The position numbers and the translations under genes were made by a program. From Octopus vulgaris (lineage: Eukaryota): a stretch of 64,000 nucleotides of DNA. The stretch is taken from NCBI GenBank assembly GCA_951406725.2, contig OX597815.1, positions 140,120,001-140,184,000 of the forward strand, read 5' to 3'. The number at the start of each line of letters is the position of its first letter. Position 1 is the first letter of the stretch. This document shows, one piece after another, positions 14,254 through 28,924 of the stretch. The notes beneath the pieces are model-generated. The model saw only the letters and a program-made list of their open reading frames with translations, searched no databases and was not told the origin of the DNA.

Positions 14254-15316
14254 TATATATCAAAATAGTGCTAGAGATAGAAACACCCACAACTTCATCA
14301 ACTCCAGACGATATTAACTCAACCAAGCCATAAAATATTAAATAATATACTTACTATTTATATTCATGATTTTCCATATTACGGACTTCACGCGTTTCAT
14401 GAGGGTACGTATGGAATTGTTAAGACACAAAGTCTCATTCCAAAACTCATGTTTACGCACTCCCAATCGTCAGGTCTACTTTCCCCACATTTATAAATAT
14501 AATTACTCCTTATATATCAGTATGTTTGTCAAAATTAATTACAAGTATATAAGTATAAATAAGTAAATAAATAACTTCATGAACCTTATAAATTTAAGAC
14601 ATAAAAATTTACGGAATAAAAACGAATATGAAATACGAGAAAAAATACGAATGAAAAAAATGGGAAAAATTCGAATGAAAAAATACGAATGAAAAAAATT
14701 TGTGAATAAATCTGGATATATATTACGACTAAAAATATACTAATAAAAGTACGAAGATTTTAATAAAGTAATATGAAAATAAAGATATAATGTAAAGAGT
14801 AAAAAGTAAAGATTATGAACACATTTTTAGTATTTAGTATTTGTTAGTATTTTTAGTCGTAATTTTTATCCGGATTTATTCACATTTTTTTCATTTGTAT
14901 TTTTTTCATTCGAATGTTTTCCATTTTTTTCATTTTTATCATTTGTGTTTTATTCCTTAAATTCTTATGTGTAAATTTATAAGGTTCGTGATGTTATCTA
15001 TTTACTTATTTATACTTATTACTTGCAATTAATTTTGACAAACATAGTAATATATAAGGAGTAGTTATATTTATAAATGTGGGGAAAGAGGACCTGATGA
15101 TTGGGAGTGCGTAAACATAATGAGTGTTTGAATGAGACTTTGTGTCTTAACAATACCATACGTACCCTCATGAAACATGTGTAGTCCGTAATATAGAAAA
15201 CTATGAATATAAATAGTAAGTATATTATTTAATATTTTATGGCTTGGTTGAGTTAATATCATTTGGAGTTGATGAAGCTGTGGGTGTTTTTATCTCTAAC
15301 ACTATTTTGATATATA
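14254..15316. repeat. Long inverted repeat (~490-bp arms, ~85-bp spacer), PLE pseudo-LTR type
   Basis: For example CAAAATAGTG...AACTCAACCAAGCCATAAAATATTAAATAATATACTTAC on the left versus its reverse complement at 15215-15310. Confidence 0.9.
15090..15187 (+). ncRNA. Type I hammerhead ribozyme motif (mirror copy 14383-14477 on minus strand has GAA at the NUH site)
   Basis: GGAC-CTGATGA-t-TGGGAGTGCGTA...TACGTACCCTCA-t-GAAAC-ATGT-GTA-GTCC. Confidence 0.8.
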
Positions 15317-15854
15317 CATACATATATATATATGCATACATACACAAACATACACACCCACACACATATATATTTAAGTGACAATATATGGACTCAAGTA
15401 ATCTGGTGGTACTCATAAAAAAGCTCCTTAAAAATTATTTTAACAACATATAGAGTGTATATAGAGTTCAATACAAGAGAAAACGATAAGGTGTGTATAA
15501 AGTCACAAATGATAGAGAAATAGTTTGATGAAATTTCATTTAAAAAGAAAATCCTAATATCATGACAAATTGTTTCGTAGCTTTAAAACACATGCAAAGC
15601 ATCCTTCAAAATAATGCATTAAATCAGGCATGTACGAAACTTATTCATTATTAAATATAACAATATAATGTTTTTAAGTTATGAAACATTCTGTTGCGAT
15701 ATTAGAGTTTTCTTATTCTTAAAGTTTCATCAAACTCTTTGTGTATTGTATACACACACACACATATATATATCATTCAAAATGTGACCGCGTGTGTACC
15801 GTTGGCGATTTTTTTCCTCTGACTTCCCTTCTCTGGATCTTTCCTTTTCCTATG

Positions 15855-15887
15855 TTTCTGACGAAGAGCTCCGCTCGAAACGTAAAA
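15855..15887 (+). ncRNA. Minimal type I hammerhead lacking loop III (dimer-type)
   Basis: TTT-CTGACGA-a-GAGC-TCC-GCTC-GAAAC-GTA-AAA, with palindromic ACGT at stem III. Confidence 0.75.
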
Positions 15888-15989
15888 TCCTCCTTCTTCC
15901 CTTCCATCCTGAGCATCCAATAATACTATATTTGTTCCACGCCCTCGCGTTGTTGTGTTTTCTCTTCGTGTTTTCATGTTTGGATTAAC

Positions 15990-16049
<60 letters not shown>

Positions 16050-16056
16050 GATATAT

Positions 16057-16092
<36 letters not shown>

Positions 16093-16099
16093 TATTTTT

Positions 16100-16470
16100 T
16101 ATCTTTTACTTGTTTCAATCATTGGACTGCGGCCATGCTGAGGCACCGCCTTGAAGAACTTTTAGTCGAATGGATCAACCCCAGTACTGTTACTTTTGTT
16201 AGACCTGGTATTTATTCTAACAGTCTCTCGTCGAACCACTAAGTTAGGGGGACGTAAACACACCAGCATCAGTTGTCCAGTGGCGGCGGGGTACCACACA
16301 CACAAACGTACACACACACACACGCACACACAACTGACTTCTTTTAGTTTCCGTTCAGCAAATCCACTCAGAGGGCTTTTGGTCACTTGCCTAAAGTGCT
16401 ACGCAGTGAGACTGAACCCGGAACCATGTGCTTGAGAAGCAAGTTTTTTTCCTCTTTCTTACCAGATAGT
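16100..16470 (-). mobile_element. SINE family 2 copy
   Basis: Homology to the other family 2 copies. Confidence 0.85.
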
Positions 16471-17164
16471 CGCACATACACACACGCGCGCGCGCGCATG
16501 CATACACAAGCACGCACGCACACACACACACGCATTTAAATCAGGAAAAAAAAAAGTGAAACGGTTTCAAGTCGATTAAAAAGTGTAGATGTATAATAAT
16601 TGCATGGACTATTTTTGTAATCACTAAAAAAATGTGTGTATATCCCAATTATTTTGAGATATTTCTAATTATACAACATTGTGCTCCCACCTACGAACTT
16701 TGCGTCTGTTTCTATGCACAGACATAAATACGCACACATACACACACATATGCATCTTGATTTTAATGAGTAGGAAAAGTACTCGATACCATAATGTACG
16801 TATATATAAATAAACACATCATACATGTATGCACAGACAGACAGACTCACACACACATATATAGATGCACCATATATAGATGCACACACAAATTATAAAA
16901 ACAGACGGATTATCTGGAATTGTTACAATTATTTGTTTCATTGAGTATCTTATATATATATATGTTATATATATATTTATACACATATACACGCGCACAC
17001 ACATATTTATAACATAAACATATTCATATATATATTTATACCTATATATATATATGTATATATAAATATGTACACATACATACATACATACATACATATA
17101 TAAACATACATATGTGTGTAGATATATATATATATATAGATAGATATGCATGTTTATATGTATA

Positions 17165-17223
<59 letters not shown>

Positions 17224-17378
17224 GCATATATAATATACACACACATTTACTTTACTTTTATGCATACTTATTTCTGTTTACCTGTAATCTTCTATTCACC
17301 TAATATCGAAGTCTAATTCTGTTGTTGTTATTATTATTATCATTATCACTATCATTATCATTATTATTATTATTACTA

Positions 17379-17409
<31 letters not shown>

Positions 17410-17450
17410 TATTATGCGTGTGCTTATCGGCATGTATGCATGTATGGGTT

Positions 17451-17514
<64 letters not shown>

Positions 17515-17839
17515 TGTGCGTGTGTTCATGCATCTCTCTACGTGTGATTTAGTGTAATTGCGTGGGCTTATTTCGCGACATCAACGTTACGTACAAACGG
17601 AAACTCTAGCTTCGCAAACGACTACCATATGTCTGATTTTGTCTCCAGCACAGTTTTCTGCTAATGATGAAATTTTAGCAACCCAACCTAACTTATTTAC
17701 CAATTCTCTACATATCACACTCTGTCACTACTCTACCCCACCCCCATCGCCACCGCCGCCGCCGCCACAACCCACACGTTCATTAGAATCTTATTCTTTA
17801 CCCGTCCAACATGTCACTGCACGCCCCCCTTTGTCGACT

Positions 17840-17984
17840 TCTTTTTCTTCTTCTTCTTCTTTTCCTTCTTCTTTTTCTTCTTTTTCTTCTTCTTCGTTTT
17901 CATCTTCGTCTTCATCATCATCTTCTCCTTCTTCATCTCCTCCTCCTCTTCCTCCTCCTCCATCTTCTTCTCCTTTTACTACTG

Positions 17985-18068
<84 letters not shown>
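17840..18068. repeat. Compound (CTT)n/(CCT)n/(CTA)n low-complexity tract
   Basis: Direct reading. Explains the 204-aa S/P/T ORF. Confidence 0.9.
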
Positions 18069-18569
18069 TCGCTGTAGCCCACCCCACCACCGCCACCGCA
18101 ATACTTAGCCACCCTCTCAGCCGCAGCCAATACTCTTACCATCGATCAAACCCTCACAACCAGCTGTGTTAACGCTTTAACGTTTTGCAACACAATCTCC
18201 GCCCCTCTCTCTAAAACCCTCCGCTTCTCTGATACTCAAGCGTTCTTCCGCGCGAGTAAGCGCATACACTTATACACATACACTCATCCTCTCACCTGGG
18301 TGTATTGTATGTATGCACACACACACACACATACACAAACACACTCACACATACACACATACATATACACACACACTTACACATACACACACATACACAT
18401 ATATCTACACACCTCACACACACGCACACACTCATATGTACATTTATATACACATATAAATAGGCATATATATATACGCATACACAGACGCATATATCTA
18501 TGTATACATACGTAAATACATACATAAATACATATTATCTATATACACATACGCAAATACATAGATACA

Positions 18570-18642
<73 letters not shown>

Positions 18643-18780
18643 GTCTGTCTATAGATGTACTGGCAGTGTCCCAGCTTGGTCTCAGTCCTAGGGCTAAAAC
18701 GTGTAAAAGAATAAAAGAATATAACTATATAATGTGTGTGTGTGTGTGTATACATTCATGTGTATATATATGTATATATG

Positions 18781-18811
<31 letters not shown>

Positions 18812-18817
18812 GTGTGT

Positions 18818-18857
<40 letters not shown>

Positions 18858-19614
18858 TGTACGCACACGCACACGCACACACGTAGTAGTAGCAGAGTCG
18901 ATATTTTAATATAAGGCATCACCTGCTTATTCTATGTTTATATACAGACATATAGACACACACATATACACATATACAGATAAATGTTTTGGCGCATTCA
19001 CACGTGTGTCCCCGATAGTGACATTTACATATGCATAATTCAGCATACACAGGCTTTGTTTTATATATATACATCTATTATTTATGTATATAAATGTAAG
19101 TATATAAGAATAGAACGTTTTGTCGTTATAATGCAAATGGATCTTCGCTGGTTTCAACGATGACTCTTACAGTTGTGATTATATCTACTCAACAAGTTAC
19201 TTACTGAAAAATAGTGTATGTGATTGAGTACTCCACGAGCATGTGTAACGCTAATGTAAATCCCGGACAGAATCTGAGAAATACAATATGTGACAAGGTT
19301 GAACTTTTTATTTAGATCTTGAAGGTTATCGCTGTAGATTTTCTATAGAATCCAGAGACAGCACTGCAAGTAACAATGTTTCGTAATCAAATATGTCTAT
19401 ATAAACAATGCAATCGGAGACAGGGGAAAAAAATGTGATGTGTGTAGATTCATATTTTAAAGATTATTGTGGTTCATCAGCGCCTCATCTTGCGCATGAA
19501 CTAACCACGAACACATTGCTTGATCTTTTCCTTAGTTTCAGCTCGTCCAGGTTCACTCTCAATGTTTCCACCACCACCACCACCACCACCGCCACCACCA
19601 CCACCACCACCACC

Positions 19615-19646
<32 letters not shown>

Positions 19647-19959
19647 CAACAACAACGTTAGTAACACTCACCATGAAAATATTGGTCAACACCACTACTG
19701 CCAATTATACCTCTAGTATAACTACAGCCAATGCCATCATCCACTCCATTACTAACACTCACCACAAGCATCATCACCAACATACCCGCTACCAGTACTA
19801 TGTATTTTCAGCAATGCCACATAATACCATCACCAACAGCAGCGCCAGTAATATGATTTAAACGTTCGTAGCTACTTTCACTACCACCACCACCACCACC
19901 ACCATCAGCAACATCATCACCATCCTCATTAACATCTTAACTATCATACTCCAATACAA

Positions 19960-20195
19960 CCTATTTCTTTACTAACCACATGGGGCTAAACACAGAGGGG
20001 AAAAAACAAGGACAGACAAACGGATTAAGTCGATTATATCGACCCCAGTGCGTAACTGGTACTTATTTAATCCACCCCGAAAGGATGAAAGGCAAAGTCG
20101 ACCTCGGCGGAATTTGGACTCAGAACGTAACGGCAGACGAAATACCACTAAGCATTTCGCCCGGTGCGCTAACGTTTCTACCAGCTCGTCGCCTT
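19960..20195 (-). mobile_element. SINE family 1 copy
   Basis: Reverse-complement head and core. Confidence 0.9.
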
Positions 20196-20520
20196 ATACT
20201 CCAATACAGCCATCCACACAAGCGTAATCATCACAGCCACTACTGCGATGAGCATGTTTTGTCTTTCCTGTGTCTACATACTTCGTGTGTACGTTCCAGA
20301 TAGGCGGGCGAATTGCATACAAGTTGTCTCTTGTTCCTGGACCAGCATCTGCAAATATAACATGGCACGACTATCAGAGAAAAACATATAGAAATGATTT
20401 TATTTCTTAGCAATTCTCAGTAATTCTCCTACTGAGTCTGCTGGTCGGACGTCTCTCTGTCCGGAATTGGCAGTAAACCTCAAAAATAATACCAGACCAT
20501 ACTTCTCTAAAAATTGTTTC

Positions 20521-20674
20521 AGTGGCTGTGTGGTAAGTAACTTGCTTACCAACCACATGGTTCTGGATTCAGTCCCACTGCGTGGCACCTTGGGCAAGTG
20601 TCTTCTATTATAACCTCCGGGCGACCAAAACCTTGTGAGTGGATTTGGTAGACAGAAACTGAAAGAAGCCTGTC

Positions 20675-20713
<39 letters not shown>

Positions 20714-21003
20714 CGACAGGCTTCTTTCAGTTTATGTATATATATGTGTATGTATGTATGTATGTATGTATGTATGTATGTATGTATGTATGTTTGTGTG
20801 TCTGTGTTTGTCGCCCCAACATCGCTTGACAACCGATGCTGGTGTGTTTACGTCCCCGTAACTTAGCGGTTCGGCAAAAGAAACCGATAGAGTAAGTACT
20901 AGGCTTACAAAGAATAAGTCCTAGGGTCGATTTGCTCGACTAAAGGCAATGCTCCAGCATGTCCACAGTCAAATGACTGAAACAAGTAAAAGAGTAAAAG
21001 AGT
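20521..21003 (+). mobile_element. SINE family 2 full-length copy with internal microsatellite
   Basis: AGTGGCTGTGTGGTAAGT...GGCACCTTGGGCAAGTGTC...GTAAAAGAGTAAAAGAGT. Confidence 0.92.
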
Positions 21004-21214
21004 ATCCTTGGCTATTCACACATTTACAAAATAAACCCGTGAACAGACAAAATTCATCTTCTTGCATGACTTCCATACATCACCATTGTTTAATACATAA
21101 CGATTGTGCATTAACGTTGAATAAAAAAATGTCATAAATTTTCTAACAACCGTCGATGCTCTTATTTAGCTGTTTATGCCCTGCCACATTTACAGGTTCA
21201 ACGCATTTGTAGTT

Positions 21215-21405
21215 ATCTTAACACAGCCACATATATTCTAACATGGCTATAAGTGCTTTAGCACAACTGTAGGTATTCTAACAGCTGTAGTTGTTTAGTT
21301 GTTCCAACGCAGCTGATGTTCTAACACAACTGTAAATATTCCAACACCGTTGGAGGTGTTCTGACACAACTGCAGGTATTTTAACAACACTGTAGGTGTT
21401 CAAAT
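21215..21405. repeat. Degenerate ~20-bp minisatellite (TTCTAACACAACTGTAGGTR)
   Basis: About 8-9 imperfect units read directly. Confidence 0.7.
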
Positions 21406-21713
21406 CTAGGCTATAGCTTTTCTTCGCAATATCACAAAAAAGAAATACAGATTGTATTCTACAGAAGACATAAAATTGTTGATGACAGCCAAGCATGAAG
21501 CAGAAATTTCTGAAAACAATTCACATTATGATTGAAAGAGGAAGTGGTAGGTTTTAGACGTTTACAGCAACATTCTATAAAGAGAGAGAATTAACAGTGA
21601 CAATAATAATATATTTAGTGGATGATGGACATTTGCAGTAATATTAAAATGGCGTAATTTACAGTCGCTCCATAAAGAGTGGGGGTCGATGATAATTTAG
21701 AATATCACTGTAA

Positions 21714-21786
<73 letters not shown>

Positions 21787-22937
21787 GAGAGAGAGTGAGA
21801 GAGAGAGGGGAGAAAGAGAGAGTGGGAGGGAAAGAGAGAGTGATGACAAACAACAATAATACTATAAATAGTCAGTGACGGACGTTTGTAATAGTGATAT
21901 ACAGTGAAGAGGTGGGGGTAGACATATTTAATAATAATACGAGAAAGGTTAATGGACGTTTATACTAACTCAAAATGTGGAGAGGGGATGGGCATTTAAA
22001 GCAATACTATAAAGTGGGGATTGATATTAAGAATAATAATATAAAGAGAGGTTGATGGGGTGATGGACGGTAACAATAACATTATTAAGTCAGGGGGTGA
22101 TGAGAGACATTAACAGTGATACAATAAAGTTTTAACATGTTTTTATGAAATAAATGTGATGTGTAAATGTCAATATTTCGAGTTCATAAATAAATTGAGA
22201 AATTGTATAAAAATGGAGGAAAAAAATTATTTTATTTAAAATATAAAAATGTATTTGTTTTTGTTACGAAATGAAGAAATATTGCTTGTTACTGAGCAAA
22301 CGGAGAAGTCAGAAACAGCAGCCAAATCTCATGCAAGGTCACATTGGGAAAAGGAAAACTGGAATATCCTTTGTTATATTACTGCTCAATCAGGACTGAT
22401 CTGGCGTTAAATATCACTCAACGCTCAATATCATTCATTTACGGAGTAAGTTCAAGGGAGTACCTTGTTTACGAAGGTGAAGATGACGGTAAGTGGAATG
22501 AAATTGTGTAAAAATAAACATGACATTTTGCTTGAACTTCTGAGATTGGCGTAAGAGGAGAAAGAGCAGAAGAAATTATCGTTCGTGAATTATACACAGA
22601 CAAGTGATTCAGACTAATTAGTTGTAACAGAATGGACTCTGCTAAAGGCAGATAAGGGTGGTGGTGATGTTAAATTGGACAACGGATTAAACGTATCAGG
22701 TAAGAACAGATGCAAACTAATCGATGATCTTCACAATTTCTGTACATTCAGTTTCACTGATAAGGTAAATATCTTCTACTATAGCCTGTAAAAATTATCT
22801 ACCATAGCCTAAGGCTACCGTAGAATATATTTACTAAGTGATTCCCAGTTGGGTTAAACCTATAACTTCGTGATCATTAAGCTAACGTCTCAGCAGATAA
22901 CACTATACTTTATACGCTTAATACAAGACAATAGTGA

Positions 22938-23240
22938 GGGCGCGTGGTTTAGTGGTTAGGGTATTCGGTTTACGATCGTAAGGTCGTGAGTTCAATTCCC
23001 GGTGGCGCGTTTTGTTCTTGTACAAGGCACTTTATTTCACGTTGCTCGTGTCCACTCAGCTGGCAAAAATAAGTAGTACCTGTATTTCAAAGGGCTAGCC
23101 TTGTCACATTCTGTGTCCTGCTGAATCTCCCCAAGGACCTGTGGAATGCTCAGCCACCTGCACGTTCCTTTATTGCGAGTAAGCTGTTCCGTTGATCGGA
23201 TCAACTAGGACCTTCCTCATCGTAATCGACGGACTGTCAA
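22938..23240 (+). mobile_element. tRNA-derived SINE family 3
   Basis: A-box GTGGTTTAGTGG and B-box GAGTTCAATTCCC, then the body. Related minus-strand fragments lie at ~19160-19300, ~45400-45525 and ~63830-64000. Confidence 0.8.
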
Positions 23241-23829
23241 TCTACAAGACAATAAATTGCAAGAAAATTCGGTTAGCTAGAGAAATTTGTCTCATCACCA
23301 AAAGCGTAAATATCCTGGCTTTCTCGTTGGGAAGTTTAATCTTTGGGTGACGGTAGACGATGAAGAAAATATTTGCGCTTATTTTTAAATATCTACATCG
23401 GTTTTCAAGATGTTTTAATTTAAGCAATATCAAGTAAGGATTGATTACACAGTAAACAAAACCAACTACCATATGAATAGATATAGACCGAGAACAACAT
23501 ATCCAGAATGTCATTCTAATTACATAATGATCGACATAGGTTTGTTCAGTTTGTTGACTTTCAAAGCAATTAACACATATCTATAGATTTAAAATGCAAT
23601 GTAGTAAGTTAGACAGAATATATGCAGAGATTGATAGTCTACCAAAAATGCTAAGTTAAACAGGTATACATACGAACAGATTGATTGGTTGGGACATCGA
23701 CAGAGTAGTCAGTTGGGTGTATATATCTAAATTAGACAGCTACATAGGCAGACGGATCAACAGACAGGTAAATAGAAAGGACAGGACAACAGAGATACAT
23801 AAGTTAGATAGCTACACATTTTGCATCTT

Positions 23830-24210
23830 TTATCTTTTTATTTGTTTCAGTCGGTTGACTGCGGCCGTGCTGGGGCACTGCCTTGAAGGGTTTTAGTCGA
23901 ACAAACCAACTCTAAAACCTATCTATCTAAGCCTAGGAATTATTCTATTGGTCACTTTTTCCGAACCATTACGTTACAGTGACATGAACACACCAACACG
24001 TGCTATCAAGTCTTGGTAGTGGTGGTGGGAGGCAAACACAGACACAAAGACACACACACGGGCTTCTTTCAGTTTCCGTCTACCAAATCTACTCACAAAG
24101 CTTTGGCCGACCAGAGGCTATAGTAGAGGGCACTTGTTCAAGGCACCACGCAGTAGGACTGAACCCAGAACCATGTGGTTAGGAAGCAGGCTTCTTACCA
24201 CACAGCCACA
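23830..24210 (-). mobile_element. SINE family 2 copy
   Basis: Homology to family 2. Confidence 0.85.
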
Positions 24211-24949
24211 TTGTTAGAACGCTGAACTGCTTAGTAAATTCATAGACAAGTACATGAATAAAAGTAACAAGCAATTCGGTTCACAGCAATTTCAGAGAAG
24301 CGTGCCTGTATATCATTCTCAATTGTCACGAAATTTATTTTTCGTTACAAACACTGCAGTAAATCAATGTTTAGAACGTAATTCTATGGGAACAGCAAAA
24401 GGCTCTCCGCGCATCTTCTAGACTCATGAATTGCGTTGAATTGTTTGTGAATACTTTCAAATGTTCGTTTTTACAAACCACGTGTACCATACTACGTTTT
24501 CTCTAGCGTACCCACTTTGGACACGCTTACCTCGGTTTCAAAATGCTTGTACTAATGAAAATAACGAAAATTGACTAGCACGAATATAGATAAATAAGTA
24601 AAGAAAAGCCGTGTCTTTCTATTTTCCATTTATAAATATCTTTGCTGATCAAGCAAACTGGAATATGTTATACGAAATGAGGGACAGGGACTCATGTAAA
24701 CTGTCTCTTGCCTGCAAAGATCAAATTTTCCTCTGAATTGTGACAGATGAATTAATTTCTTGCTGTCATGAGTTTTCTTTTGGATTTTCTAACAATTGTC
24801 ACTTGGTAGTCTTTTCTTTCTCCGACTAAAAGGGAAATTCTAAGATACAGTGAAAATCTATGCATACATCATTTAGTATTTCGCAAGTTTTTATTTTAAA
24901 CAGATTTACTGATGAGCAGATAGATCTAACACACACTCATAACTCACCT

Positions 24950-24985
<36 letters not shown>

Positions 24986-25437
24986 AAAACATACATCCAT
25001 GCATACACACATACATTCGCTTTTCCCTATATAAATAGTTACATATTTTCATGCAAGCATGAATACGTATCTACACCAAAATAATTATACGCGTATGCAC
25101 ATACATACGCAATTATCTGTATAGGTATATTATGTGTATGTGTGTCAGTGTGTTCGCGTGTGTGCTCCCGAGTATGTGTAAGTAAATATATGAGCATACG
25201 AAAATATTAATGCTTATTTAACGTATAAATATGTACACACTAATACATACACAAAAAACCTACTTCCAAACAAAAATATGCATACATAAATAAGTATACA
25301 TATTTTCAAAAAGCACATGTGGGAGGATGAGTAGGCACGTGTGTGTGTATTTGTGTGATTGTGCGTATAAATGAGTGTTAGTGCGTGTATTTGTGATTGT
25401 GTGTGCTTACGTGTATGGATATATACATGCGAAAGTA

Positions 25438-25850
25438 ACCTATCTCTTTACTACCCACAAGAGGCTAAACATAGAGGGGACAAACAAGAACATACAAAGG
25501 GATTAAGTCAATTACATCGACCCCAGTGCGTAATTGGTACTTAATTTATTGACCCCGAAAGGATGAAAGGCAAAGTCAACCTCGGCGGAATTTGAACTCA
25601 GAACGTAACGGCAAAAGAAATACCTATTTCTTTACTACCCACAAGGGGCCAAACACAGAGGGGACAAACGACAGACAAACAGATTAAGTCGATTACATCG
25701 ACCCCAGTGCGTAACTGGTACTTATTTAATCGACCTCGAAATGATGAAAGGCAAAGTCGACCTCGGCGGAATTTGAACTCAGAACGTAGCGGCAGACGAA
25801 ATACGGCTACGCATTTCGCCCGGCATGCTAACGATTCTGCCAGGTCACCG
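25438..25850 (-). mobile_element. SINE family 1 dimer
   Basis: Two cores with the GAAATACCTATTTCTTTACT junction. Confidence 0.9.
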
Positions 25851-26085
25851 AGAGTAACATGTGTGTGTGTATGTATGCGTTCTTGTCTGTGTATGTGTAT
25901 ATATTTGAATACATGTGTCTGTGAGTGTGTACATATGTGTATACGCGTGATTGCTAGGGTATGTGTGAGTGTTCGTATGCATATATGAGTATGTCTTTGC
26001 ATGTCTCTGTGTGTGTATATGAGTGGTTGATTGCGTATCTCGATTTCTTTACGAATCTATGTTTAAATGTTTTTTCGATGTGTGA

Positions 26086-26118
<33 letters not shown>

Positions 26119-26409
26119 GCGCGCGTGTGTATGCATATATGTGTGTGTGTGTGTGTGTGTTTGCGCGTATATTTATATTTCTCTCTGTGACTAATATATC
26201 TGTGTCTCTATAGGTGTATGCACACGCACACACACATTCACACACAGACGTCTACATTTACGTATATATACGAATATATTTGCGCCATTGTATGTAACTG
26301 TCTCTTGTTCAGTATATCTACATTTCCTTCTTTATGTAGGTGTGTTGTCACATGTCGCTGTATATATCCATTTATGCATAAGTACATGTATTTATGAATC
26401 TCTTCCCCC

Positions 26410-26446
<37 letters not shown>

Positions 26447-26914
26447 TGTGTCTATGAATACAATTCAGTTTGTGTAATGGTGTGTCTTCTTCTACACCTC
26501 TATGCATGTGGTGAGGTACCTATCTCTATATGTATGTATGTATGTATGCATATGTGTGTGTGTACGTGTGTATGTGTCTGAGTGCATGTTACAATCCATT
26601 AGTGTATGTGTCAACATACTACTAACTCCTAGGTTTCAAACTTTATCAATAATTCTATTTCATTTATTTTGAGGTACAATAAGCACATCTGTCATGCTTA
26701 TTTTATGCATGTGTCTGAGTATAAGTGTATGTGTATATGTGTGTATTTGTATGTGTGTGTATCCAAACAGACATACATACCGATAGACAGACACACTGAC
26801 ACATATATACACACATTTCCATAGATATGCTTATTAATAATTCTGATTGATTATGAATACATGTATGCCAGTGAACACACACACACACACACATATGTGT
26901 GTGTATGTATGTGA

Positions 26915-26948
<34 letters not shown>

Positions 26949-27380
26949 CACATTTATAACACACACACACGCACATATGCACTCGCGCGTGCGCGTGAAC
27001 ACACACACACACACAAACACACACAAATTTATGTGAGTGTGCATATACACTCCGATGCAATTCAGACATGTATCTCATTTACTGCAAGAAAACCGTTTTT
27101 GATCCCCTTTTCATACTCGAATCCCTCATAACCTGGCACAATGCCACCCACCGTCAATTTTACTGTCCTCTCTGTTGAAAGGTTTTTTTTTGCAAGTTAT
27201 TTCGTGAACATACTGCCGCTAGTATCACCTGAAACGCACTCACTGCACTCTATAAATTGGTTGGCGTTGAAACCATACCGAACCGGATAGTTGTGATTGG
27301 CGCAATCTTTTGACATGCCAGTTCCTGTCAATTTACCAGCATGGCAGGAGAACGTTAACTGATGATGATGATTTTGATAT

Positions 27381-27428
<48 letters not shown>

Positions 27429-28302
27429 ATTCGAGACAAAACCACTATTTTAAAACCAAACAAGGAAAGACTTAATCAATACATTAAATTTTAATATAAA
27501 TTAAATAAACCGCCACTACAAATAATATATATATATATATTATTATTATTATTAACATACATACGTTCATACATACATACGTACATACACACATACGTAC
27601 ATACATATATGCATATATATATATATATATATATAAATAAGAAGGGGTTTGTATGATTGTGTAAAGAGGGATATATATTATTCAAAGAAATTCCAACTCT
27701 GATTTTTATGTTATATTTATATTCTTTATAATAATTAATGTAGAATATAGAATATATAGTATAAATAATATATATAGTAAAATGAAATGAAGTCTTATTG
27801 AATAGATGAAATATTGAATATCAAATATTAAGTGACTAGTATACTTTCTAGCATTAAAGCAGTCCTCAAGGCCCTAAGTTGTGACTGGAGTGTTTCAGGA
27901 GTGTTTAAATATATATATATATATTTAAACACTCCTGAAACTAATAGTTTTATATATTTAAAACTACTAGTTCTAAATTTCAGAGATTTAGAACTAATAG
28001 TTTTTCTATTTATGAGATCAGTGACTGTGTCACTTTGTAAAATATATACTTTGAACAAGAACTAGTATCGCCATTTCTAGCCAAGCAATTTTTCTGTGTT
28101 GATGAAGGAAAATTACCCAGAAACCATTGGTACGCAGATATTGCTTTGAGCTGGGTGGGGACATTAGCTCCCTTGTTCGAAAATATAAGGTCGCAGTGCG
28201 TCGATAGGCGACTGGAGACGATGTTTTCATAGAGTTAAATAGCAGTCCTAATCGGGACTGCCACTTTATGTTGGCAAACACATACACACACATATATAAT
28301 CG

Positions 28303-28850
28303 TCATTAAATATGACTAAGGTTGTTAGAAACACCTAAATTGCTAGAAATAAGAGCTGAACGTTTTAATGTTGCAGTCAAAGCACATAATTGTGTACATA
28401 CATGCTGACAGAGACCGTAGTCGTCCGAAAAGCAGCGGTCTAGATGTTCCCACACAGATCTGTCAATTTCGGCTTTTTTTTTTGCCATAGCCTCTTCAAT
28501 GGGATCGGTTCTTCAGTGAAACGGTTATAGTTTTCCTTTTTGGTGCACATTGCGTGCAGCCGCCTACATTAATTATTTGCATACACATTAGCGATCCGCT
28601 AAATCATCCATAGATTTCTATGGTGTAGACATATGTGCTAACACTGATCTTCATCCGAGAACAGCTGAGTCGGGCCCATACTTCGGAAGAGGCTACGGGA
28701 AAAAGCCTCTCGACCGCTGCTTTTTGGGCGATTACGGTCTCTGTCAGCACGTATGTATATAATTATAAGCCTTGACTGCAGAATTAGAGAGTTTAGCTCT
28801 TATTTCTAGCAATGTAGGTGTTTATAACATCCTCAGTCATATTTAATGGT
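28303..28850. repeat. Inverted-repeat element (~190-bp arms), MITE-like or PLE-derived
   Basis: CATTAAATATGACT...GCTAGAAATAAGAGCT...CTGACAGAGACCGTA on the left and its reverse complement at 28685-28850. A third partial arm lies at 30285-30360. Confidence 0.75.
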
Positions 28851-28924
28851 GTTTATTGTTTTCCTTTTTGGTACACATTGCTTACAACTGCCTTCATTAT
28901 TTATTTACAAATAAATACGATAAA

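Noticed and set aside
17558-18172. 204-aa ORF
   Set aside because: It stays open only because of stop-free trinucleotide repeats. It has no ATG start and no domain.
21215-21405. CRISPR-like appearance of regularly spaced repeats
   Set aside because: The units are contiguous, degenerate and lack unique spacers. The context is eukaryotic with no cas genes.
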